This document shows, piece by piece, positions 27,990-42,280 of a stretch of DNA of 64,000 bases. This stretch comes from the human T2T-CHM13v2.0 reference genome, Homo sapiens. Under the pieces are notes generated by a model. It was not told the origin of the DNA and did no database searches. It was given only the letters and a program-made list of their open reading frames with translations. Numbering within the stretch: position 1 is the first letter of the stretch; each line of letters starts with the position of its first letter. Where the stretch lies: the NCBI RefSeq assembly GCF_009914755.1, contig NC_060936.1. One strand, written 5' to 3'. The position numbers and the translations under genes were made by a program.

Positions 27990-28830
27990 CACCCTTGCCT
28001 GGCTGTGGCCCGCCCTTCCAGCCGCGCAGACCAACGCCCGCTGTGCTGACGCCTCCTCCCCATTTCGAGTACAGGCACCATGCGGCCCGTGCGGCGCAAC
28101 TTCTACGACCCGTCGTCGGCGCCGGGCAAGGGCATCGTGTGGGAGTGGGAGAACGACGGCGGCGCATGGACGGCCTACGATATGGACATCTGCATCACCA
28201 TCCAGAACGCCTACGAGAAGCAGCACCCGTGGCTCGACCTCTCATCGCTAGGCTTCTGCTACCTCATCTACTTCAACAGCATGTCGCAGATGAACCGCCA
28301 GACGCGCCGGCGCCGCCGCCTGCGCCGCCGCCTGGACCTCGCCTACCCGCTCACCGTGGGCTCCATCCCTAAGTCGCAGTCGTGGCCCGTGGGCGCCAGC
28401 TCGGGCCAGCCCTGCTCCTGCCAGCAGTGCCTGCTGGTCAACAGCACGCGCGCCGCCTCCAACGCCATCCTGGCCTCGCAGCGCCGCAAGGCGCCCCCCG
28501 CGCCCCCGCTGCCGCCGCCGCCGCCACCTGGAGGGCCTCCAGGCGCGCTTGCCGTGCGCCCCAGCGCCACCTTCACAGGCGCCGCGCTCTGGGCAGCGCC
28601 CGCCGCCGGCCCCGCCGAGCCCGCGCCGCCTCCCGGGGCGCCCCCACGGAGCCCGGGCGCCCCCGGCGGAGCGCGCACCCCGGGGCAGAACAACCTCAAC
28701 CGGCCCGGGCCCCAGCGCACCACCAGCGTGAGCGCGCGCGCCTCCATCCCGCCGGGGTAAGACGGGGCCCAGGGGGAGGGGGCCTCTGCGTCGTCCGCAG
28801 GCAAGGACGAAGCCCGGGGGTGGTTGGCCA
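27990..28830. promoter_or_regulatory. Intragenic CpG island over DTX1 exon 3
   Basis: Dense CpG, very high GC, extends beyond both exon ends. Confidence 0.8.
28075..28756 (+). CDS. DTX1: DTX1 exon 3 (WWE domain 2 + proline-rich region)
   Basis: Acceptor tacag|GC, GTMRPVRR...WEWENDGGAW...PPPPPP...SIPPG, donor GG|gtaaga; 682 nt; phase matches exon 2. Confidence 0.97.
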
Positions 28831-29125
28831 CTAGGGCAGGAGCAAAGATTACAATAATAATAATGACGATAAGTAATATCCAGCATGCACTAAATGTTCA
28901 TTTTGTGCCAAGCATCAACTAAGCACCTTTACATGTTCCCACACATCTATCTCCATGCATAAGGACCCTATGAGGTAGGTACCATCATCACCTCCAGTTC
29001 ACAGATGAAGAACTAACTCCCCCAAGATCAGACAGTTCACAAGTGATGGGGCCATAATAGCAACATCAGCAATGGTGCGTGTTCCATGTTTATTATTTGC
29101 TAAACCCGTTATATGTATCACCTCG

Positions 29126-29283
29126 TTTATTCTGCCAAACAGTTCTACCATGTGCATATTATAGATGGGGAAACCGAGGCTAGGAGAGCTATGGTGCCTT
29201 CTCATTTATTCCACCAAACAGTTCTACCATGTGCATATTACAGATGGGGAAGCCAAGGCTGGGAAAGCTATGGTGCCTTCTCA
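29126..29283. repeat. 79-bp tandem duplication of MIR-derived sequence
   Basis: Units start at 29126 and 29205; 7 mismatches. Confidence 0.9.
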
Positions 29284-30166
29284 GGGTCACCGGGGAAGGG
29301 TAGACATTGGAGTCCAGACCTGCCCAATTCCAAAGTCTGTGCTGTGTTGTCTTAGGATTTTTAGAGGGCTTCAGAGTCCATCTGTCCTTGTCCCAGTCCA
29401 TGCCCACCTCACATGGTGGCTCGAGCAAGCATCAGCTGCTTGTCCAAAGTATTTCCCCATAGGCTGCACCTGAAATACCACAATTACTCTGGGTTAATAC
29501 TATGGTTTGCACACTGGGCTCCAGGGACTCCCGGGGTGACCTGGAATCGTGGGGGGTGGGGTAATAGAAAGCCAGGCAAACGAGAGTCTGTCTCTCTGCT
29601 CTTGTTTTAACCAGAGCAGCCCTTTTTGGAAACACTTTTATGAACTGGCTTTCTCAGCATGATTTTATTAAGGATGGGCACCCAGCTTGTATCAAGTTTG
29701 CAAATTCTTGGGTTAAGGTGTCCCAGGCCCCAGGATAGGGACCCAGTGAGCTGCTGTTGGGTGCCTACCCTGGACCCCAGATTCAGTCATCTGAGCACAG
29801 AACCAAGTCCTGAGGGGTGGCAATGAGAGGAAAGATCAAAGACCTTGAACATGGGACAGACCAGAAGAGAAAAGACCAGGGGGGTTTGGACTGTGGTCCC
29901 CAAGAGGAAGAGAGGGCACCCAAAACCAACTGTGCTTCAATCACTATGGCATGGCCGGGGGAATTGATAATGATGGTCCGAGATCACCAAAGCTCAGATC
30001 TGGATGCGACCTTTGGGGTCACTGCATCCAGCTCACCCCTTTTATTATGGGCAAACAAGGCCTGGGAAAAGGAAAGGCCAGGACCCTGAACTAGGTGGCC
30101 CTATTCACCTTTTGTCCCTTTGGGAGTCTGACTTCCTGGGTTCGAATCCCCTCTTGGCCACTTCTC

Positions 30167-30501
<335 letters not shown>

Positions 30502-31224
30502 TGACCACTTCTGAGCTGGGAGACCTGGGACGAGTCCCTCTCCTTCCTTGAGCCTCAGTTTCGTCATCTGTCAAATGGGAGCAGATCTTCCCACCATGTG
30601 AAAACGCTGTGTACCTGAACACAGCATCTACACTGGCAGTAGTTCAGCCATGGCCGTTAGGACTACTTTTGCTCTCCAGGAGGAGGGTTGGCATGGAGGG
30701 CGGGGAAGCTGTAATTTTCCAGGGATCATCACAGCCACTACCACCTGCCTGCCTGGTCATTCCTCTCGGAGGAGAGGGTCATGGGGACAAACAGAGGTGT
30801 GTCCCATGTGACCTCAGCCTAGGGCAGGCCCAGTGCCAACAGAGAGCAGACTTGAGGGGGTCAAAGAAGACCCCTTGGGGAAGCCTTGTCCAAAGCTGCA
30901 GGATAGAGTCACTGAGATCTCAGGGAGATCTCAGGGGGCTGAAGTATCAGTTATGGCCCCTTATAGACAGCAGCTGGGCTCTGGCTGCCTTACAAAAAGA
31001 GGGGCTGGAGGTCCCAGAATGACAAGAAGAGTGGGTCCTAGAATGACAGGCTAGGGGGAGTGTGGGAGGGGACAGAACCAGAAAAATTCCAGGGACCTCT
31101 GCAGTAAGAATTTGAGAACCTTCTCTCTGGGTAAATTTATTGTAACCCACAAGAAGACTGGAAATCAGAAGGTTAAAAGAAAAAAAAGAAATCAGAAGGT
31201 TGTAGCCAGAATTTTCTTGGAACA

Positions 31225-31272
31225 GAATGGAATGGAATGGAATGGAATGGAATGGAATGGAATGGAATGGAA
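31225..31272. repeat. (GAATG)9 pentamer repeat
   Basis: Directly visible. Confidence 0.95.
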
Positions 31273-31337
31273 AACAGAATAGAACTAGAATAGATTGGCA
31301 TGTGTAATACATAGTAAAAATAAGAATTGTTACATGT

Positions 31338-31991
<654 letters not shown>

Positions 31992-33243
31992 GAGAGAGAT
32001 TTGAAAGCTACTGTTCTAGAGGAGGCTGAAAATTACTCAGCTTTCATGGCCTAGTGTTAATTCTCCAAATATGTGCTGTGGGTGTGTATTCACAGAGCTG
32101 AACAAGACAAACAAGGCCTGTGTCCTCCCGGGGCACACAGACAGATGGGGAGACAGACCTACAGCAAGCAAAGAGTAAATGAAGACGATCTCTGGAGTGA
32201 GACAGAAGTGCTGGGGAGGTAGTGGGACAGGGTGATGTGGGAATTCAGGGAAAATCCCTCTGAGGAGGTGGCCAGATGTGGAGAACAGCTGATCCATGCA
32301 GAGGGAACAGCATGAACAACTTCAAGGGGGCTCGAAGGGCGTGGTGTGTTCAGGGAAGGGCTAGAGGTGTGGGGAGGGCTGGAGTGAGGCGCCAGCAAGA
32401 AGGAGAAGGGCACCCCAGGCAGGGCATTGCAGGTGCAAAGGGGCAGAGGTAGGAATGAATCCAGAAGGTTCTGGAGACCACCGGGGGATAGAGGCTCCCT
32501 TCTGGAACAGTGGGGGCTGAGATTTTTTACCCCAAATGGGGGTACAAGGCCAGGTTGGGTGGCCTCAGGGAAGCCTGGGCTTGGTGCTGCCATCAGTGGG
32601 GAGCTATAGAGTGTGCTTGAGCTCTAGAGGGCTGTAGTGAAAAGGAAGTTTTCTCTGTGGGGGTGCGGATCATTAAACATGTCCTCCTCTGACCTGCCAG
32701 AGCTCTGTTGTCTCCAGCCACATGCCGCTCCCCCACAGCCGACATCATTTCTCCTGCCCCTCCCCTTGGGGACTGTTTCTGACCCTCCCTGAGCCCAGAC
32801 ATTGGCCTGGAAAACAGAAGATGTGGGGTGGGGGAAACTTCTCAAGAACTCCCTCATCCCTCCCCACCCACGCAGATGCTGCCCAGCCTCACTCCAGCCC
32901 CTCTAACTGATCCTCCCCAGCCAGACAAGCCCGGCTCAAAGTCCCCAACGCTCCATCTCCAAGAAACCCCCCGGGGAAAATCCCTCTGGCTCTCAAGACC
33001 CGTGGAGCCTGTTGCTGGGGAAGGGGAGTAGGAGGAAGGAAGATAGGGGTGGCAGACCCTGGCTTCTTCCGCCTAAAGCTTTCCATTGCTGAGACAGCTG
33101 AGGCCCAAGTGCAGCCTATGAGGGGAAAGGGATGGAGGTGGGGGGTCTTTGAGGAGCCAGGCAGACAGGTCTACCCACTGTCACTCTCGTCCCCAAACCA
33201 CCTCCCAGCCCTCCCAACCCTGGTCTCTTTGTTTCTGTGTCTT

Positions 33244-33543
33244 TGTTTTTTGTTTTTAGAGACAGAGCCTCGCTCTTATTGCCCAGGCTGGAGTACAGTG
33301 GCGCAATCACAGCTCCTGGCAGCCTGAAACTTCTGGGCTCAAGAAATCCTCCTGATTCAGCCTCCCAAGTAGGTGGGACTACAGGCACGCACCACCACAC
33401 CCAGCTAATTTTTTAAAATTTTTTGTAGGGACAGGATCTCACTATGTTGCCCAGGCTGGTCTCAAACTCCTGGCCTCAAGCATCCGCCTGCCTCAGCCTC
33501 CAAAAGTGCTGGGAATTATAGGCGTGAGCCACAGCGCCTGGCC
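33244..33543 (-). mobile_element. Alu (J-like)
   Basis: Antisense dimer. Confidence 0.9.
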
Positions 33544-33563
33544 TGTCTCTATGACTTTAAGTC

Positions 33564-33942
33564 TGTATTAGTTTGCTGGGGCAGTGGTAACAAAGTAACA
33601 GCTTAAACCACAGAAATGTATTCTCTCTTTCACATTCTTGAGACTAGAAGTCCGAGATCACGGTGTCACAGGGTAGTTTCCTTCTGAGGCCTCTCTCCTG
33701 GGCTTGTAGATTGCATCTTTTACCTGTGTCCTCATATGGTCTTCCCTCTGTACCTGTCTGTGTCTTAATCTTCTCTTCTTAGAAGGACATCAGTCCTATT
33801 GGATTAGGGCCCATCCTAGTGACCTCATTTTATCTTAATTACCTCTTTAAAGACCCCGTCTCTAAATACAGTCACATTCTGAGGTCCTGAGGCTTAAGGT
33901 TTCAACACATGACTTCTTTGGGGCACAGTTCAGCCCATAACA
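33564..33942 (-). mobile_element. MLT1 (probably MLT1B) ERVL-MaLR solo LTR
   Basis: TG...CA termini; reverse complement starts tgttatgggctgaa; agaagtccgagatca, ggattagggccca, cagtcacattctgagg motifs. Confidence 0.85.
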
Positions 33943-33981
33943 ATGTGTCTGTGTGTCTCTCCTTTTATAATTTACCAATAC

Positions 33982-34325
<344 letters not shown>

Positions 34326-34515
34326 ATCTCTGTGTGTCTTGGTCTTTTTCAGTCTTTCCATATCTCTTTGTAGCTCTGTGTCTCTCTCTCTCTTTCTCTG
34401 TCTTCTGCCTTTTCCTCTTAGTCACTCTCTTTCCTTCCCTGGCTTCCTTCTGTCCACCCTCCTTCTCTCCCCTCCTGGACCCAAACAGATCCAGAGCCCT
34501 TTACAGGTTGGGTGA

Positions 34516-36227
<1,712 letters not shown>

Positions 36228-36451
36228 TAATTTGCAAGTGTTCTTCCTGCATTAAGGGCATTAACCCTTTGTCTCCCATCTTTTCTGTAGTTTGCTGTTT
36301 CTTTTTCCTTTATAGCATATGTTCATCTGTTTTTTAATTAATTAATTCATATTTATTGAATAACTTCTGTGTGGCAGGCACTGTTTGGGGCCCTGGGGAC
36401 ACAGCAGTGAACTAAACAGACAGTCCTTGCTCTCTTGGAGCTCACATTCTA

Positions 36452-37082
<631 letters not shown>

Positions 37083-38869
37083 TCACACAGGGTCTGGAAG
37101 GTTGCGGTTAGGACTTTGGCTTTTGCTCTGCATGAGAAGGGAACCAGCAGGGCTGTGTGTTGGGAGAGACGGGTGGGACTGTTTTAACAGGTTCACTCTG
37201 AATGCTGAGCATAGACCGCAGTGGGGCTGAAGCAGGAGGCCAAGGGCAAAGGGACTTTGTTGTGGTGGGTGTGTTTTAGGGTTTTCCTTCCTTTTTTTTC
37301 CTTTTTTCTTTAAATTTCTTGCAGTGATTTTATGCTTTTATTTTTAAAAAATCCACATTTTCTTTCTCCAGATCTTCCATAAGTATTACATTTCAGGGGT
37401 TTGAAAATGTTAAAGTACTGACAGGTACACTGTGAAGTCAAGGACCCCACCAGGCCCCTGGCTGCCCACCCTCCCCCACTTTCCTGCCCCGCTAGCCACT
37501 GGTGTGCAGTGACTGTCACCCCGCCTCACCGCTGCTGCAAGGTCAAACCAAACACTCCCCCCACCCTGCCCCCCACCTGAAGCACTTCCTGCCCTGCTCC
37601 CTGGGAGACCAAACCACACACACTCCTGTCTGCACGTGGCTGCCCCGGGCCGTGGGAACAGCCGGTCCTGCCCTCCCCTCCCCTACCTGACCGGTCCTCC
37701 CTGCCCCCAACCATCTCCTCCCGTTCCTTCCCCCGCAGAGAGCTGGGCAGGCTGGAGGACCGGGAGGGTTGAAAAGAGTGACCCCCGCAGCCCCCATACC
37801 TCTAGATAAATCTGAGCCTCCAATACCACTCACACCTCAAAATGTCTCCCGAGGGGACTTTTACATCCTTTAATCTCTAGAACATGGAAGTAAGGGGTCT
37901 AGAAGACAGAAGTAAGGGGTCCCATTTCACAGAGGGGACACTGAAGCCCAGAGAAGCTCAGAGGTTTGTCTAGGCAGACGGAGGTGCTGGGGTAAGGAAA
38001 GGGGAAGTGAGGACCCCAGACAGCAGCTGAGGAGGAGTCCATGGGCACCTGGTCCCCCGGGCTTGCAGCGATGTCCTTCAAGTCTCTGCAGTGGGGGTGG
38101 CGGCAGGGACTTGGCCCCAGGCTGTGTTCCCCAGGACTGTGGGGGGAGGAGGGGGAGAAGGCAGCTATGAGGCAGAGACAGCCCTGAAAGTGGGGAAAGG
38201 TGACAGGCTCACACCCCTAGAAAGGAGAAAGGGAGAGGGTGGGGGGTCCCTAAAGCACTGTTCAACTTCCTTCTCCCCATAAAGTGACATCCTCACTTCT
38301 GCCCCCTCCTCACCCACTTGGCCCCAAATGACTGAGTCCTGAGGCTCCTGGGGCTCTTTGGGGTCTGCTGGGTAAGTGTGAGGTATCCTGAAGGGGGCCA
38401 AGGCCAATGGGGGACCTGGAAACTAGCATCAGAGAAAGTAACAAGTCTAGGCCTGCTGGGGGTGGGAGGGGAGAGATAAGGAGACCAGACTTTGGAGGAG
38501 GGAGGGGACTTGGCTGCCGTAAAGGGAGGGTCAGTTGTCAGTGTTTCGGGATCCTGGACCCCTCTAGGGGACAGAGAGAGGTGGCCAAAGCAGGCCAATG
38601 GATCCAGTTAGACAGCCCTGATCTACCCTGCCCAGGCCTGAGCCAGCTCCAGGATCCAGGTCAAAGACTTCAGCCCACCTGTAGAGCACAGAGGGCTCTC
38701 TAGGCTGGCTCAACTCCAGATGGCTCCACAGACCAACCTGGCAGGGTCAGCCCTGGCCCCTGACTCGGAAACTCCAGGACCCAGTGCCAGCTGCACCACC
38801 AACCAGCTGGGTGACCTTAGTGAAGTCATTTCCCTTCTCTGGGCTTCAGTCCCATCATCTGCAAAATAA

Positions 38870-39058
38870 ATGACAAATAGAGTTCATCTCATGTGCCATC
38901 TCTGCTCCAGGGCAGTGACTTCCTGGAGCACTGTGTTGAGGAGGACTCTGAAGTTGCATCTTGGCTTAGCGGTAAGGCATGCCGAAATTGATTAGTAATG
39001 CCTGCTGTGGGTGCTAGGAGGACAGTAGTGGTATGCACTCATATATTTGACATTCCTG
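38870..39058 (-). mobile_element. MER102-like hAT fragment (a second copy at ~40600-40745)
   Basis: ggagcactgtgttgaggaggactctga...gattagtaatgcctgc...tatttgacattcctg. Confidence 0.6.
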
Positions 39059-39126
39059 CTCTAACTTTGTCTGGCAGAAGAGGCGGTGTGGACCAGATCA
39101 TACAGGGCCTGGTCATGCTTAAAGAC

Positions 39127-39265
39127 GGATAACATTAGGAGATATATCTAATGTAAATGATGAGTTAATGGGCGCAGCACGCCAGCGTGGCACATGTATA
39201 CATATTTAACAAACCTGCACGTTGTGCACATGTACCCTAGAACTTAAAGTATAATTTTAAAAAAA
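39127..39265 (+). mobile_element. 5'-truncated L1PA 3' terminus with TSD aaagac
   Basis: ggcacatgtataca...cacgttgtgcacatgtaccctagaacttaaagtataa. Confidence 0.9.
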
Positions 39266-39355
39266 GACTATAATGTCAGGTCGTGATTAGTGCTATGAAA
39301 AAAAAATTCAGTAAGGTAAGGACAAAGATGGGCTTTTTAAAAATAAAGTGGTTGC

Positions 39356-39670
39356 GGCCAGGCACAGTGGCTTATGCCTGTAAACCCAGCACTTTGGGAG
39401 GTCGAGGAGGGAGGACTACTTGAGCCCAGGAGGTCAGGTCCAGACCAGCCTGGGCAACACAGCGAGGCCCTGTCTCCTCAAAAGTTTTGTTGTTGTTGTT
39501 GTTGTTGTTTAAGCTGGGTGTGGTGGTGTGTGCCAGTAGTCCCAGCTACTCAAGAGGCTGAGGTGGGAAGATCGCTTGAGCCCAGGAGTTCAAGACTGCA
39601 GTAAGCAATGGTTAAGCCACTGCACTCTAGCCAGGACAACAGAGCAAGATCTTGTCTATAAATAAATAAC
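39356..39670 (+). mobile_element. Alu (J-like) with internal (TTG)n
   Basis: Dimer; linker expanded to TTG repeat. Confidence 0.88.
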
Positions 39671-41414
39671 TAAATAAAGTGGTCGGGAAGGTGTCTCAGA
39701 TAAGCTGACATTTGAGCAGAGACCTGTGCTAAGTGAGGGAGTGTGCCATGAGGATATCTGGGAAGAGCACCTTGGGAAAGGGTCAGCAAGTGCAAAGGCC
39801 CTGGGGTGGGAGTGTGCCTGGCATGCTTGAGAAAGAGCAGAGAGACCAGGGTGGCTGGAGTGGAGTGGGAGAGGGGTGAACACATAGGAAATGAGGTTCA
39901 GAGGGTAGATGGGGGCCAGATCAGGAGGCCAGGTGTTAACTGTGAGCAAAGTGGGAGCTGCAGGAGGAGTGAGAGCAGAGGACAGATGGGATCTGATTTG
40001 GGACTGGGAAAGGCAGAGAGGCTTGCATGGCAGTGGGGCCCATGCCTGCCTTCTGGTCAGAGTAGATTTCGGGGAGGGCCTGAGGGACTCCTCAGGTCCT
40101 GTGCCAGCCTGGGCCCCCAAGAAGGCAGAGCTAGGGGTGAAGGCTGGCTCCCCTTCCGGGAGGCCCGCAGGCAGCGGTCGCTTGTCCAGGCAGGAGGATG
40201 TTCTCACTGACTCGGAGGAAACAGCGTGTCCCACATCAAAAGGGGGCCGGGTGGCTCCCACGCTCAGGGTTCGTGGGAACTCTGCTACCCTGGGTTCTCG
40301 CAGGAGGCCTGCAGTTAGAGAGAAGCTGGAGACTACCTCGGGACTGTCCCCCAGGCTCACTGATGGGTAAATAAATAACAGTCCCACAGTGACACCCCAC
40401 TCACAGTGCTCTTCCCAGGAGCAAGACTGACTTTTGTAATCTAGGGCTATGTGGTATTTAAGGGGCTCCAGAAATTTTAGGGCAGCTGAGATCTAAATCC
40501 TTCCCTTCCTGGAGTACCCTCTGTCTAACTCCTAGACCAAACACTCAGCAAGAGCAGGGTTACCCACTGGGCCAGACTGGGCATTATATAGACCTGGGGT
40601 AGCAAACTGGCTATACTGATTGATAGAGGCTGCTTGGAGAGCTGTACTGAGGACTCTGCTAAGCTTGAGAGAGTGCTGTGATGGATTAGTGATGTCTGCC
40701 ACAGGTAGGAGACCAACCAGTGGTGGTATGCATGCTCAATATTTTTCTTTCCACCCAATTTATAGGTAGTCCTGGAGAAAAAAAGAGATACTTTCTTCTT
40801 GTGAGGCAGAAAGGAAGAAAGAGGGGTGAGGCAGACCTAGACTTAACCAGGTTGTCTGCACTAGAGGTGCTTGAAGAATGGGCAGGAAAGAGGAAAAGCT
40901 TGAGGGAAATGCCTCTATGCATTCCTATAAAAGTATAGAGAGGGAGGAAGTTAGAGTGGTGACAGCTGCCCCCCTGAGGAAGGCCCTGGAGGATTATGAC
41001 AGACCCTGAGAAGGGTCAAATGAATACTCAGTGCCCCTCTTCCTGGGGCCTCCCCGCAGGGTGCCCGACAAGAAAATCAAGACACCTCCACTCTCATCCC
41101 TGCGCCAAATGATGAGCTTTACATGTTTTAGCACATTTAACTTTCACAGGACTCTATCCCCATTACAGGTGGGGAAACTGAGGCACAGTGCTTTCTTCCC
41201 ACCTCCACTGACCAGGTCCTGGGGGACCCAGGGTACCCGCCATCCCATCCTGCCTCCCTCGGGAGCTGTGTTCATTGACTTCCATCACACCGGCGCCTCC
41301 TCAAGGGGCTCAATCCAGATGTCTGCTCCAGACCTCTCCACAGCCCTCAGAGGGGTCTGGGATGGGAGTCCTGGCCACGTGATACTATCCTGTATAGCCG
41401 AGCAGCCACCAAGT

Positions 41415-42280
41415 GGGTGTGTGTGCACTGCACCTGTGTGCATGTGTGATTGTGCCTCTGCATGTGTGCAGGTGTGGGCCTCCCAGGCTGAGTGTCTGTG
41501 TGTCAGTGTCAGGAGGTGTGGGTCAGAGCATGTGCGCATGTGTCCTCGTGTGCAGTGAGTCAGCGTGTCCTCCTGCGCCCCCATGCATGATGTGAATCAG
41601 TACGCACGAGTACTTCCCCACAGGCGGTGCGGAATCGTGTGTCCGCGTGTGGATGGCAGGCCATTCTGCAGGCTGCAGCGCGCCGGGGGCTTGTAGGGCT
41701 GAGCGCATGCTCCTCTGGGTTTGCTGCCCACTTTACCCAGCTCTGTGCAGCTGGGGAGAGGGGCGGCAGTGGCAGGTGCGGTACTGGTCTACATGAGCCA
41801 CCGACTCTTGTCCAATGGAGTATCCTCCCAGGGGAGAGCTGTGTGTGCTTCTGTGTGTATGTGTGTGTCCCCGTGTGTGCACAAGTCTCTGTATGTAGGT
41901 GTGGGGAGGCATTCCCTGGAATATGTGAGTGTGTGTGTATCTTAATCCATGTATGTTTGTGGGGGGCGTGCCCTGAAGTGTGCCTGTGTGTATCCATGTA
42001 TATGTTCATGGTGTGCATTCCCTAGTGTGTGCGGTGTGTTCCCCAAGTAGACGGATGGGGAGGGAGGCTCCCTGGTATCTGTGTGTCTGTGTGTGCATGT
42101 ATCTGTGATGTACTCCCTGGGTTGTGTGTGTTTGTGTGTCTGTGTACTTAAACATGTGTGTGTAATGTGTCCCGGGGAGTATGATAAGTCTGTGTGGTCT
42201 TCTCCATGCATGTGTGTATATTTGGATCTGTGGATCTGTGTGGATGGTGTGTGCCCTGGGTGTGTATGTCTGTGTGTCTG
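41415..42280. repeat. Degenerate (TG)n-rich tract
   Basis: Directly visible. Confidence 0.85.

Noticed and set aside
28828-28841. CTCF-like CCACTAGGGCAG (and CCAGCAGGGGCAG near 56788)
   Set aside because: Core is one or two bases short, breaking the GGC register
27823-28886. Antisense and alternate-frame ORFs over exon 3
   Set aside because: Shadows of GC3-rich DTX1 codons; one frame matters only in the circle and poison-exon hypotheses
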